Positions 14,503-27,608 of a DNA stretch of 64,000 nt are shown piece by piece; the stretch's first letter is position 1, and every line of letters begins with the position of its first letter. The position numbers and the translations under genes are program-made. Source of the stretch: Eledone cirrhosa (Eukaryota); the NCBI GenBank assembly GCA_964016885.1, contig CAXHJY010001618.1, forward strand, positions 32,042 through 96,041. The letters run 5' to 3'. The notes beneath the pieces were generated by a model. It worked only from the letters and a program-made list of their open reading frames with translations. It did not search any database and was not told the origin of the DNA.

Positions 14503-15010
14503 AGGGCGGTGGATTGGCAGTACCGGTAGTACGCGTTGCAGCATAGAGTTGCGCCCCTTTACCGTATGAGTTCAAATCCCGCCGAGGTTAACTTTGCCTC
14601 TCATCCTTACGGGGTCGATAAAATAAAGTACCAGCAATGTACTGGGATAATTGCTGGCCTTGTGCCAAAAGTAGAAACAATTATTATTTCGGTAGAATGT
14701 TGGGCAACATGCTTCGTGGTATAGAGTTGCGGCCCTTTATGTTCTGAGTACAAATCCCGACGAGGTTAACTTTGCCTTTCATTCTTTAGGGGTCGATAAA
14801 TAAAGCCACAGTAATGCACTGGGGTCGATCTAATGGACTTTCCTCTCCCCTTCAAATTGCTTGCCTTTTTCCTAAAGTAGAAACTATTATCAATCCCGCC
14901 GAGGTTAACTTTGCCTTTCATCCTTACGGGGTCGATAAAATAAAGTACCAGTAATGTATTGCGATAATTGCTGGCTTTGTGCCAAAAGTAGAAACAATTA
15001 TTATTATTCC
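14503..15010 (+). mobile_element. Tandem cluster of three tRNA-derived SINE units with a Meta-like central domain and (ATT)n tails
   Basis: Repeated GAGTTCAAATCCCGCCGAGGTTAACTTTGCCTTTCATCCTTACGGGGTCGATAAAATAAAGTACCAG...GTAGAAACAATTATTATT; B-box-like GTTCAAATC. Confidence 0.8.
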
Positions 15011-16135
15011 AAGTTTGCTCTCTTTTTAGACTGGTGATATTTAATCTCCCAATCATGTCAAATATTTTCGGACTGAAAGCATTTTGCGTAACATTTTCAT
15101 AGTTCCCTACAAATCTGATTGATGCAGAATTGTTATTTTTTGTGAAATGCCAATTTTCTTCAAATAACACACTAAGCTTTTGGTGACTGATCTCAATTTT
15201 CTTATCACTATTAGTATCATTTACTGTTTGTCCCAGACCCTAACAATTTCGACTCTCAATTAGTAGACAATCTTTTGGTTTTCCTTCCTCTGATAAAATA
15301 ATCCCCTGGTACTGCCACATCAATTATCCAACAGTTGTTCTCAATCTTATCCACAACAGTGATAACAGGCTTTATGGGCTAAATAACTCTATCTGTTTGA
15401 ACCAAAAGTCCCATAAGAATTTGGTATTTTCGTTTTCAGACACTTTTCCTGGTTTTTGCTCGTACAATCTTTTCACAATTACATACTGTACTTTTGATTT
15501 AAGAACCAGTAAAGGAGTTTGCATATATTGTCGCGATGCCTTTTGTACTAATTTTGTGCAAGCATTATGCAGGCACTCCCAATGTGTTTGACTGTTTTAC
15601 CTCCTTCGCCCACACCATCGACGTCTCTGAATGTATCTGGTTGTAAATGTTATGTCGTACTGAAATTGTGTTGAGTATCTGGTCTTGAGCAGCCAAAGTA
15701 AATCTTCTGTTTCCCGCTTTAAATTTCCCCTAGTTTGCCAATCCCATGATGTGCTTGTCTTAACCTCCGTTGTGCCCATCTCAATCTGACAGTTCGTCGG
15801 CATCACTTTCTTGCTTTCAGCTTTTTCTTTTAAAATTCTCTTCTTGTAACCAATCTTCCTGCCAATACGTTCTTTTGATAGTCAGACCCCATCTGCAATA
15901 CACTGCAGATTTTTCTCAGTAATGACAGCATACGAATACACCGACCTCATTTCCTCTACATCATATTCCTGTATTCCAACAAGACCTCTTTCATTCACGT
16001 ACAAACGCAAGACATTTGATTTCTTATATATTGCTCCATTCTCCATCAGCATTTTACTTGGCAATCTTTCCTAGTTCTCTCCATTCAACTATTGCCACAA
16101 TGTACCTAATGACCACAACTACCCAAACATTTTTG
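15010..16135 (-). mobile_element. R4/Dong-like non-LTR retrotransposon 3' part (post-RT region, zinc knuckle, RLE), degraded
   Basis: Minus strand: KSNVLRLYV..RGL, GNLKRETE, VSENENTKFLWDF, QTDRVI..KPVITVVDK..CWIIDVAVPGD; the 3' end runs into (TAA)n. Confidence 0.8.
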
Positions 16136-16970
16136 TAACAAGAATGGAACGAGTGAATGGGCGTACCCTAAAAATGCGCCTGTAGGCTGAAAGAAATAGA
16201 GAGACACTTGCCTATTGTAGTCTGTGGTATCTTGGATCCATGTAATTTCCTAATTATCCTTGGCTGGTGCTCTTCCTATTGGGGGATTCTTTTGGCGTCA
16301 TTTCATTTCATTCGCTCGTCAAAAAATGTAATTTTCTTTTGTCATAACTTTATATACAGTGATGTGCAAATTACGAAACCACAATCACGTACACACTCAC
16401 AGACACACTGTATCTGGCTCACTGAAATCTATACCTACTCAGTGGCAGCCTACACTTTCTCATATAGCTTATTCTCACACGCGGCTTCAGGAGATGATTC
16501 GCGAAACAGCACTTATCAAGTTAAACCTCGATCTACCCATCTATGAAGACCTGGAAAACCTCCCAACACGTGCTTTAACTCATGCAAACCATTCTGGGAA
16601 TCAATGAAGAAGCTTCATGACAATAATTTGTAAATGGGCTCAAATTTTGCAGATTATGCAACGACGAGAGATCCTGGATACTTAAAAGTGTGTACACCAA
16701 CAATAGACCATTAGATACTCCATTAGAATTCTTCTCCCAACGCCACGAAGCACCTTCTAAAGAATTTGCTTCCATAACAACTAACTCTATTAATATTTTT
16801 ATTCCTAAAACATTTTTTTACATGAAATATCTCTATTCCGACTTCAGCACAAAGTAACCCCCTTTTCCTACGGGTTCTAAAAAAGTTTGTTTCCATATTT
16901 TTAATTGCTTTCTCTATCCTTCTTTTAATACACTGCCGTTGGTCGCTCTTCCATTTACCTACTTTATTTA

Positions 16971-18356
16971 CCGTATATATCGGAGTGCAAGGTGACCATT
17001 GAATCTACCCCCCCCCCCCCCACACACACGCATACACACAAATAGGGGATCGTCTTATACTCCATATATAAAATGTGAACCTTAAATCATGTAGCTTATG
17101 GTAAGTTGTTAGCATGGGAGATTTGTGACGGTTGGCTCATCCCTGCCTTGATAACTATCGACAAATATTTTCTACTGAAATAACTTAATTCAGATTATTA
17201 TAATAAAATAGTAAAAGTGTAATGTAATAAAAGTACCCTTACGTTATATAATATGTGGCATGATTGCACGACAATAATAAAACGCACATTTGCCAAGAGA
17301 GAAACCCAAAACCATCATCACACATTGTAAACAAAACAACTGCTAGCCTTAGATCGTTCAAAACGCCATACCAGACATAGCGCTCTGCCAGAGCGTCCAT
17401 AAAAAAAGATATTTACGGTAATAATTAACGTTATAATGTGGTAAATTCAAGGAATAGACTGGTAATCATAGTTTAGCACGATAGTCAGTTCTTGTCGGCA
17501 CATGGGGAGGTACGGGCTCTCACTTTGTTACTAGCCTTATCAGGGTTAAAATTACTAGAATCGAGCTATCACAAGAGCCCATCATGGCCCCAACAACTTC
17601 CGGTAAAAGAAGGAAATATGAAGCATGTTTCAAGTTAAAAGCAGTAAATTTTACCAAGAAACATATTAACTTGGCTGCTGGAAGACGCCATGATGTAACA
17701 GAAAAAATGATTCAAGACTGGCGAGAAAATGAAGACGCATTAAAGAGCATTCCAATGACCAATTGTGTATTAAGTACAGCCACCACAGAGTGGCCGCTAC
17801 TTGAAAATCATGTAATAGAAATTGTGCGTGAATATCGTCAAAATGGTTATGTAATGACACAAAATAATATATGTATTTTTGAACATACGAGGGCTAAATC
17901 CAGCCCAGATTCCAGCAAAGGATTTCAAGACCACTGCATTGTAGTACTAGGCTCATGGAAAGGAATAATCTGGTATTGAGACAAAAGACTAAAATTGCAC
18001 AAAAAATACCGGCAGATTTCGAGACAAAATAATTAACATCCATCGAAATGTAATACAACAACGTAAGGAACACAACTATCCCTTGAGTAACAGAGGGAAT
18101 ATGGAATACAACAACTGGCAAGAATGTGTGTCTCAATAAGCGGTTTAAAGATCGCTTTCGAGAAGAGTGGAACGCGTAGATAGTTAGAATATCTTTACTG
18201 AATTTATTTGATAAATTCAATACAATACATTTTAAAATACGATTGTGAGCTGGGAGATCGTTTTGTACAGCGAATATAGCTGAAAACCTACATTTTAACT
18301 TGGAAATTTGGGGTTCGTCTTATAAGCCCCGTCGCCCTGTACACCAGCATATACGG
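16971..18356 (+). mobile_element. Internally deleted pogo-family (POGK-like) DNA transposon
   Basis: Imperfect TIRs CCGTATATATCGGAGTGCAAGGTGAC / GTCGCCCTGTACACCAGCATATACGG, with TA on the left flank. ORF 17584-17979 has a Brinker-like HTH (KRRKYEACFKLKAV..VTEKMIQDWR) and a CENP-B HTH (WPLLE); the DDE domain is mostly missing. Confidence 0.8.
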
Positions 18357-18526
18357 TTAGCTATTTCCGTTTCATTTCCCCCAGTATAGGTGGAAAAGTT
18401 GATCTACAAGCCAATGGAACATACGTTCTTTATATAGCTACGTTGTAATACTGGCCTTAATAAAAGTATGTTAAAACTCGCCCTTATGACTTGAGTTGCA
18501 CTATATTTTGGATAAGTTATCACCAG

Positions 18527-18638
<112 letters not shown>

Positions 18639-18796
18639 CAAAGGTTATATATAATTTGTTGGAATTCAACAAACTTAAAAGTTTTATAACTGATATAAAG
18701 CACTCAACAGTATAGTGGAGTAAATATTCATTATATTAATAAATGGAAACTATAATTATGGTTTTATAAATATAGTTTCCATTTATTAATATAATG
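18639..18796 (-). mobile_element. PLE 3' tip with inverted 5' segment
   Basis: Reverse complement matches 11245-11379; internal fold-back at 18730-18796; flanked by TA. Confidence 0.7.
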
Positions 18797-18809
18797 TATA
18801 TACGAGTAT

Positions 18810-18855
<46 letters not shown>

Positions 18856-18857
<2 letters not shown>

Positions 18858-19030
18858 TGTGTCTAGGGTGCTAAACTCGGAAAGATCACTAATCAAATTA
18901 GTACTCGATCCATGATGGGATACAGAATTGATATATGTAAAAAAAGTATTCGACCGTGATCTACAATTTCTGATCGAGACTTCACACAGTCACGAGCAGA
19001 AACCGTAGGCGCTCACGGTCGATTATTTTC
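18856..19030 (-). mobile_element. PLE-like tip with diverged fold-back
   Basis: TCGACCGTGA...TCACGGTCGA inverted arms; flanked by TA; carries the GAGTACT motif. Confidence 0.5.
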
Positions 19031-19048
19031 TATCTCTATATATATATA

Positions 19049-19375
19049 GTTGGCGGGGTGGGAGTTAAAACCCGTTTGATCACGAATAACCATGGAATTT
19101 GCACCTAGAATGTTCCCGCTCCGAGGCAAATGTCGGGGCGAGTTTGTCTGTGGAAGACCAGCAGACACCCGTGCATACCAGTCTCCCCTCTCCACCGATT
19201 TTGTCCAAGGAAAGATAAAGATACCATTGACGTCACACTTCATTTATATAGCTGAATGTATTGGAGCAAATGGGGTAAAGTGTCTTGCTCAAGGATATAA
19301 CACACCACACGGTCCGGGAATCACGACCTCACGGTTATAAGCGCAACACTAACCACAGAGTCATGTCCCTTCGCT
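19049..19375 (-). mobile_element. tRNA-derived SINE; 3' part also at 59482-59586
   Basis: Minus-strand head TGTGGTTAGTGTTGCGC..GTGATTCCCGGACCG..CCTTGAGCAAGACACTT. Confidence 0.7.
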
Positions 19376-19383
19376 ACATATAT

Positions 19384-20899
19384 TTCTTCTTCTTCTTCTT
19401 CTTCTTCTTCTTCTTCTTCTTCTTCTTCTTCTTCTTCTTGGGAGGGTCTTGGTGGCAAAGTCCTTAAATACTCCTTCCAGCGGGTCCTGTCTCAACCATC
19501 CGTCTCCAACTGATCCGGCTGAATCTCCAAGCAAGACCAACCATGCTTCGGGATTTTATCCAAGCATATTGCTCGAGCTCTATCCCTGGGTCTTCTGCTG
19601 GTTGGTTTTGCCCGTAAAACATGTCCAGCGATTCTTTTCCTCAGACAGTCTAACCATATGCCCATATTATCGGAGCTGTAACCTCTCAATTCTGAGAAGT
19701 AGCGGCTCTAACTGGAATGATTCTCTGGTCTCCGAACTACACACTCTATCGAGTAAAGTTACTCCATAGACCCTCTCGAAAGAATCCCATTTCGGCCGCT
19801 TGTAATCGCGGTCGTATTTTTTCAGTCATTTCCCAAGATTCATGACCATAGGTAATACCTCCCTTCTGATTACCGAACTCTGAAGCTGGCGCATTACTGC
19901 ATCAGCTCCTACAATTCTTGCACTTAATTCAGCCTCCTGCCTGCCATCACTTGTGAACTCGGCCCCGTGATTTACATTATTTACATTATTTACATTGTAA
20001 ATAATGAACAGGAGAGGTGTCATTACGCGCTCTTGATGGAGTCCGATCCCCACATTGAATGGTTTCGATTTTGCACCATTTATCCGAACACAAATACATG
20101 GGTATTCGTATAGAGACATCAGGAAAACAAGAATCTGACAATCGACCCCATACTCCTATATAACCTTCCACAGCAGATCATATGCATTTTCAATGTGGGC
20201 AAAAAAAAATATACTTCTTGGCAATATTCCCACGATTTGTTGAAGACCTGTAGTAGTGTGAATATTTCGTCGGCTGTGCTGCGTTCGGAGTGAAAAGAGC
20301 ACTGTTCATCAGCTAACATGGACTCGTCCATCTTTCTGCATCTGTTTACCAGACACTTAGCATAGACCTTTTGGGAGAGGCTTAACAACGAGGTCCCTCT
20401 GTGATTGCGACCTTGCCACATTTAACAGCCCTTGTGACCTCAGTCTCTGAGAGATTAGTCACCGCCCTCAGATGAATATTGTGTACACCGGATGATGCTG
20501 TTGTGATCAGATTTAGGTGAGCAGCAATGTATTCTCTCCACCTCGAAATGATGCACCTCTCAAAAGAGAGGAGAACCCCGGGCGTCTTCTTGATAGCAGG
20601 TGTGGAAGAGGGTTTTTTATTACGAAATCGGCGGATGGTCTGCAGGGACACATTATTTGCTGATCTGAAGTCCTTCTATATCCTCTCAAGTTCTTCCTTC
20701 GTTAGATATAGATAAGATTAAGTCATATATCCTGATTGAGACTTCAATGCACGTGTTGGCACTGGCCACCTGACATGAAAAGAAGTGAATGGAAGGAATG
20801 GTGACCCCGATCTAAATATGAATGGAGGGGCCTTATTAGACTTCTGTTCTTGGGATAGACTGTCCATTAAAATCACCTTCTTCCAGCACAGAGACATCC

Positions 20900-20900
<1 letters not shown>
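19384..20900 (-). mobile_element. RTE-clade (Rex3/Expander-like) LINE remnant with (GAA)n tail and an inverted endonuclease segment
   Basis: Minus strand: NHRGTSLLSLSQKVYAK..EQCSF..RSTADEIFTL and PFNVGIGLHQERVMTPLLFIIY; (TTC)n at 19384-19438. 20730-20900 encodes DFNARVG..LNMNGGALLDFC..TFFQH on the plus strand. Confidence 0.8.
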
Positions 20901-20963
<63 letters not shown>

Positions 20964-20964
<1 letters not shown>

Positions 20965-21172
20965 GTAGGTCCCGGGTTGAGTCGGGGATAACCACAGTAA
21001 GTAAGGTACTCAATACATGGCAGAGTACATTTTTTTTATTTTATAGAAGGAGCTTCTACAGGACTAGTACTGTTTCATTCAGATGAAATCTTCAGGAACC
21101 AGAAGTTTCCTGAAGATTTCATCTGAATGAAACAGTACTAGTCCTGTAGAAGCTCCTTCTATAAAATAAAAT

Positions 21173-21178
<6 letters not shown>
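20964..21178 (-). mobile_element. PLE 3' tip with fold-back duplication carrying a hammerhead on both strands
   Basis: Inverted arms of about 65 bp (21036-21099 and 21105-21175); flanked by (TA)n. Confidence 0.8.
21105..21153 (+). ncRNA. Type I hammerhead ribozyme (mirror copy at 21052-21100 on -)
   Basis: GUUUC CUGAAGA U-UUCA-UC-UGAA-U GAA ACAG-UACUAGUC-CUGU A GAAGC. Confidence 0.7.
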
Positions 21179-21232
<54 letters not shown>

Positions 21233-21269
21233 TGTATGTATGTATGTATGTATGTATGTATGTATGTAT

Positions 21270-22080
21270 GCATCTTGGTTAAGAGAGTGGGACTGGCTTT
21301 GTGCAGTGCCTTTGCTCACTATAAAAGCTTCATGGCACAGGCATTTCTTTATATCTGGAGATCTCTCTGCACTTGTCATCACAGGGTACAATGGGCCCAG
21401 CACTATGTGTCAATAATTGTTACAAGTGTAGTGTTTGTACCAGAGTTTTCAAGTCGCTGGCTGGACTAAAATGTCACACTCGTTCAGCGCATCAGTAGGG
21501 GTTCTCCTACATGGATATAAAGTAGTGGCCGTACTCGAAAACGAGTTGGCAGCCACCATGTATGTATGTATGTATGTATGTATGTATGTATGTATGTATG
21601 TATGTATGTATGTATGTATGTATGTATGTATGTATTATATGGATGTCTCTGTGCTGGAGAGATGACCCATTAGCCTTTGTCAAGGCAGAATTCTAGAAGA
21701 AGGAAGGAAAACTCTGATATAACACCTGCAACCCTAATGGTATCCAATGATGTTGACTTGTTCTTATTTTTGGTAAATATCATCTTGGTTAAGAGAGTGG
21801 GACTGGCTTTGTGCAGTGCCTTTGCTCACTATAAAAGCTTCACGGCACAGGCATTGCTTTATATCTGGAGATCTCTCTGCACTTGTCGTCACATGGTACC
21901 ATGGGCCCAGCACAATGTGTCAATAATTGTCACAAGTGTAGTGTTTGTACCAGAGTTTTCAAGTCGCTGGCTGGACTAAAAAGTCACACTCGTTCAGCGC
22001 ATCGGTAGGGGTTCTCCTACATGGATATAAAGTAGTGGCCGTACTCGAAAACGAGTTGGCAGCCACCATGTATGTATGTA
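21270..22080 (+). mobile_element. Two tandem 5'-truncated copies of an RTE-derived non-autonomous element with (ATGT)n tails
   Basis: 21270-21560 and 21655-22070 are near-identical to each other and to 47190-47600. They end in CSVCTRVFKSLAGLKSHTRSAH* and the 3' hairpin GTGGCCGTACTCGAAAACGAGTTGGCAGCCAC. Confidence 0.8.
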
Positions 22081-23074
22081 TAATAGTTTAGACGAGTTGA
22101 TAACAACCATATAATTCAAAGCTCAAATGCGATTTTATAGTCTACAGCAAGATAGGTAAAATAAAGTTCAGAGTTTAACCCAATTTTCACTCGCAGTAGA
22201 TTTTCAATATCACAGACCATATATAAAGGAATAAAATAATCAGGATTAAATTATAGTAAAATATTTAATTGATTTACCAACGTTTCTTTGAATACTGTAA
22301 GAAATTCTATTTTGTTCGCCTTTGCACTGATTTCCTCACAATCCATTAAATAACATAAATAACATTATTTACCAATAACATCCAGACATCTTCACTCCGA
22401 AATCGTAAACAAAATTAAAATATAGTTGGTAAGACGTTAATACTTTATGAAAGACTAAACGTACAAACTAAAACTTATTAGTAATAGCGTGCGTTAACTA
22501 AACATTATTTGCTTGACTATTAAAATCTAATGCGCATATATTAGACTCTAAAATAACATTATATGAATACATTTAGAGCTCATAAATTTAACACATATTA
22601 ATCGAAGTAACAACAGTTTTAAGAATAGCCTTAATAGAGTATATTAAGAAAAACAATACAAAAAATATGGAAGCTTATTTCATTAATAACGTATAACACA
22701 GGAGGAGATTTTCTAGTTATTAAGAAACTAATAGTCTAAAAAAATCTATTAATAGAGGTGAAATGAACATTCTAGGATAAGAATTATAGGTGTACAGTAA
22801 GTTAAATACATTCAACTACGTTCACACACACAGACACATACACACACGCATATACATATTCATGTAATTATGTACACACATATAAATACACACACACGCA
22901 TACACACATATACACACACACACACATATATACACATTTAACTACATATACCTATGCATATATAAATGTGTGTACTCATACTTAAATTCACACACACACA
23001 GACATACACGTATACATATACATACATATATGTATACACATATATCTATACATGCATATATATATATATATATA

Positions 23075-23240
23075 CACATCTAGACCTACAAACGGGTACG
23101 CAGGTATATACCTCTATCTCTACTTATATATCGTCTTCCTGTTTTCCTTTGGTTGTAACGTTTTTCGAAATATTTACTTCTGCGTCTACAGAAGATCACG
23201 GTATGGGTGAAAGGTTAAACTTTAATCTGTTCTTATAACA
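23075..23240 (+). mobile_element. 3' tip of the PLE family found at 5373-7290
   Basis: TCGTCTTCCTGT..ACTTCTGCGT..CAGAAGATC..GGGTGAAAG..TTAAACTT(T)AATC matches 7150-7285. Confidence 0.7.
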
Positions 23241-23394
23241 TATATATAGGAAAAGGTTCAGGACCACAACGGCAGAGCTCAATCCGTTTCGACGGGTATA
23301 TCTGGATTAAATTAATGTTTTAGCGTGGTAATGATACACACACACACACACACACACACATTTATATATATATCTATCTATCTATCTATCTATC

Positions 23395-23549
23395 TAAGGC
23401 GGGTAAAATTCCCGAGATCCATGGACGAGTTCTCTCCAGCGGTCTCTGTCCCCCATTATCGCTGCCATGTCCTGCGTCTCCAACAGACCAGTGTCTGTCC
23501 TTAGGACATCAATATACGTTAACCTTGGTCTTCCTCTTCTAGTGTGTCC

Positions 23550-23593
<44 letters not shown>

Positions 23594-23615
23594 TGTCCTC
23601 TTCTAGTGTGTCCAT
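23395..23615 (-). mobile_element. RTE/RTEX-like LINE 3' end with (TAGA)n tail
   Basis: HGHTRRGRPRLTYIDVLRTDTGL...MGDRDRWRELV followed by (TAGA)n. Confidence 0.75.
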
Positions 23616-24460
23616 ATAAGAACAGATTAAAGTATATATATATTGTAAGAACAGATTAAAATATATATATATATGTTAAGTATATATATTTGACAAAGCA
23701 AGCGTTTTGTTTTGAAGACAGCGAGCGAAGTTTGAAATTGACTTAGCTTTCACAGTAACTCATCCTTTTCCATTTAGAGGGTTTTAATCCCCATTATCAA
23801 GCTAATTCTCTTAAGTCAAAATGCGGCGAAAGCTTCTATTTCTAACTTTATATATTTATATATATATATACATTTATATATAGGTCTTCAGATGTATACG
23901 CACATAAAAAAAAAAACGATCGACAACATTCTCATATTTTTATATAAACATTTTAAAATGTGTAATAATTTAAGGAATTTAAATGTGTGACATTAGAATA
24001 AACGAGTATATTTCTAAATAAGGTGTTATATCCCTTTAATGTTCTTCTTTCAGGTTTTACCTGGGAGGACTTTAACATTCTATCAGGTCAGATAAATATA
24101 AATACCAGATACGTGATCTTTTGCCAATGTTAGAAATCAATATATTAATTGCCTTGTACAAGTAACACAACTACGATTTGATTGCAGAACCTATTATTAA
24201 AACTCCAGGAAAACATCTAGTGAGATGCACCATGATAGAAGGCGAGCTAATCCTACGCAGATGTAAACTGTACAACAACAAATACAACGAACATTGAAAG
24301 TGGAGAAGAGCAATAATGTATAAGCAATACATTTAACACTGTGTCGGTCTGAATGCTTTAGTCTTTGGCTCCGGCTCTCCGAGCTCAGTAAGTCAGTGTT
24401 TAAACCCAGTTCATGGTTGAAACACTGACAATCACTCAAAAGTCTGGTTGCAGTCTAGAA

Positions 24461-24618
24461 CAGTAGTCAGTAACCGGTGGTCCGTGAGAAAATGTTGGTG
24501 GTCCGCAGAAAAATGTTAATGTATTTATCTTTAGAAAATAAAATTCATATTAGTGGTCCGTGGGATTTTAAATTATGAATTTAGTGGTCCGTTAAGTCCG
24601 AGACGTTGGCGGCCGCTG
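24461..24618. mobile_element. hAT (Charlie-like) MITE
   Basis: CAG...CTG termini, 8-bp TSD GTCTAGAA/GTTTAGAA, four internal GTGGTCCG repeats. Confidence 0.7.
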
Positions 24619-25263
24619 GTTTAGAATGATTGTGTGTGTCAGTGACACGTGTATGTGAGCAGAACTTCAACGTGATATCCTGTTCACTCAAACATTTAGC
24701 TTTCTAACGAACGGGAAGTCGCTATTTGTGAAAGATTTCACTCCTCCTACTAACACGTATCGCATCTACGAAGAGAATGTTTCATTGACTTGAAAGCTTT
24801 GATTCGATTTAGGAAATTTCAGAAAATGGGCCAAGCGGGAATTGAACCAAATATGCAGATTTATTTTTCCCGATAAAATTTAACCAATATTCGTTAACAC
24901 CCACATAAATAAAACTAGAAAGAGATAAAACCACAAAACCAAAGAAAGTAAAAATGGCGAGAAAGAAAGTTGTAATACGATCACTGGCGCCACCTGTATT
25001 CTACCCAGTTTTTACGAATAGATTTATATGCCCAGCTAAAGGTAGCTACATCTTAGGATTTAACAATCCCCACGCCGCTCTCATAAATCTTCATTTTACA
25101 CCACATTATACCAGGTAATTAAATAATTAAACTGCAGGCACTGGTTTGGATTAAAAGTTTTATATAAAAAAAAGTAGCAGTTATTCGTATATATACACAC
25201 AAACATACATACCCTATTCATGTCATATATCTATCTATCGAGCTAGGGTTCTACATACATACA

Positions 25264-25296
<33 letters not shown>

Positions 25297-26085
25297 GTAT
25301 GGGGACTTGGTATATCTGATATATCTTTAAATGTATGAAATTTACGCACACACACACAAACACATACATATATATATATACATATATATATACATACATG
25401 CATATATGCATACATATAATCTGAATCTTGCATATTGGGGATGTACAGAAATACGGGTACGTATATATATATATATGTATGTATAGTCTCGGGTACATTC
25501 CATTAGTTTTACCTATCTCTGCACCCAGACTAACATAATAAATTTAAAGATAGACTCAATAAATCAATTCATTAAAATGGTAAAATATAATAAAATAAAT
25601 AAATAAACAAAAATATGACTGTTAAGTATTTTCCCTGTGATATGGAAAAATAGGCACCACAATTTTAAAATTATTGTTGTATTGGTGCTGGGACTGTCAT
25701 GGCATCAGTCCTATTTATACAACAAGAGTTAAAAGTCTGAGTTAGTTTTGGAGCGACATCATCATTTCTTAACGAACCATAAAATCATAGGATATATAGC
25801 GAGATTTATCCCAGAATATTACAAGAACAAAGTGTTTCGAATTCAAGGTTCCAAACACTGAGTTCATTTTTAGGAGATGTAGAAAGAATGAACGGTCTAA
25901 TAGACTGGGAAAGGGTTACAATAGAAACTGATAATTGAAGAGCAAGTAATCAAACGTCATTTTCCAGTGTGCCACTCTCTGCATCCTTTAACACTGTTTT
26001 CAACTCTGTCTTACTTTGTTTTCCTAGTTCTATTTCTCGGTAATAGTGGCGTTTATTTTGGCTGTGGTTAAGGTCGTTGCGTAGA

Positions 26086-26472
26086 GGCAGTGGCATCAAC
26101 AATGGAAGACATTGGCAGAGGTGGAAAGCCATTTTCAGCATCTGCATGAGATATTAAGTTTTGGCTGCATTTGCTGTTATTGTTACTATAACTACGGGGG
26201 CTCTTGCTGTTAGTGTTTTTGTTATTGTTGCTGTTATTGCTGCTGTTATCATTGTTTTCTGAATGTTGCCTATTCCTCTTCTTGGACAACCGGCCATTCC
26301 ATTCAGCGGACACAACCTTTTTGTTCACCAAGTTAATTTCCACTAAACACCAAAGGGCGTGTTTCATAAACAAACACGTACTTATCCCCTGATGTCTATA
26401 GGGTGAGCTAAACTAACCGGCTCACAAAGATACTGGTTAGTTTGACTACACAAAAGTCACAAAAGTTAAGTA
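26086..26472 (+). repeat. 387-bp local duplication (second copy 29481-29867)
   Basis: Colinear and highly similar from GGCAGTGGCATCAAC to AAGTTAAGTA. Confidence 0.9.
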
Positions 26473-26654
26473 CGTTAGGTTGAATAACAGTGTGAAAATA
26501 GAACAACTTACCGAACGATTTATGACCTTGTGTCGAGACACGAAGCAATAAATAAATAAATAAACAAATAATAATAATAATAATAGTAATAATAATAATA
26601 ATAATAGAAATAACAAAATTTCCAGTTAAATAACATCAATGACTGAGTCTCAAA

Positions 26655-26694
26655 GAAGAAGAAGAAGAAGAACAACAACAACAGCAACAGCAAC

Positions 26695-26792
<98 letters not shown>

Positions 26793-26812
26793 GAAGAAGA
26801 AGAAGAAGAAGT
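26655..26812. repeat. (GAA)n/(CAA)n/(TAA)n compound microsatellite
   Basis: Seen directly. Confidence 0.95.
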
Positions 26813-27298
26813 GGTAAAACTAACTAGATTATAAATTAATAGATTTGGCACTTTGTAAATCAACTTTTGCTTTGTTGATTTACGAATGAGAATAGTTTCT
26901 CGTAGCGTTATTAGGTTTATATGAGACTGGCTAACATAAGTAAATGTAGTATTACGCTTTTAGGAGAACAAAGACAGAAAGTGGAAGAAGGAGTAGATGC
27001 GGGAATAAAAAAAAAAATGGAAAACAAATTTAGACATCGTTTACAACACGACTTGAAATATTGGCTTCAGTTGTGTAAATTAAAGTCACACGTGGAGTAC
27101 GCACAAATACATACATGTATAAATGCATAGATACTTCTATACATTCTCGATGTGTATACACACACACGCATACATATTATATATGTGTCTGTGTGTTTTT
27201 AGGTATTATATATAAACGCTTATATATATATATATATATATGCGTGTGTATATAATGTGTATATAATACATAATGTTTTTAGGTATTATATATACACG

Positions 27299-27362
<64 letters not shown>

Positions 27363-27475
27363 CGCGTGTGTATATAATATATATAATATATAATATATAT
27401 ACGCGTGTGTATATACCTAAAAACACAGAGACACATATATAATATGTATGTGTGTGTGTATATGTATGTATGTAT

Positions 27476-27543
<68 letters not shown>

Positions 27544-27608
27544 ATATTTATATATATATGTATGCATATATATATACACACACACATATATATATACATA
27601 TATATATA

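Noticed and set aside
16440-16880. Possible Neptune-like RT remnant (MGSNFADYA)
   Set aside because: Only one weak motif among many stops; not enough to call.
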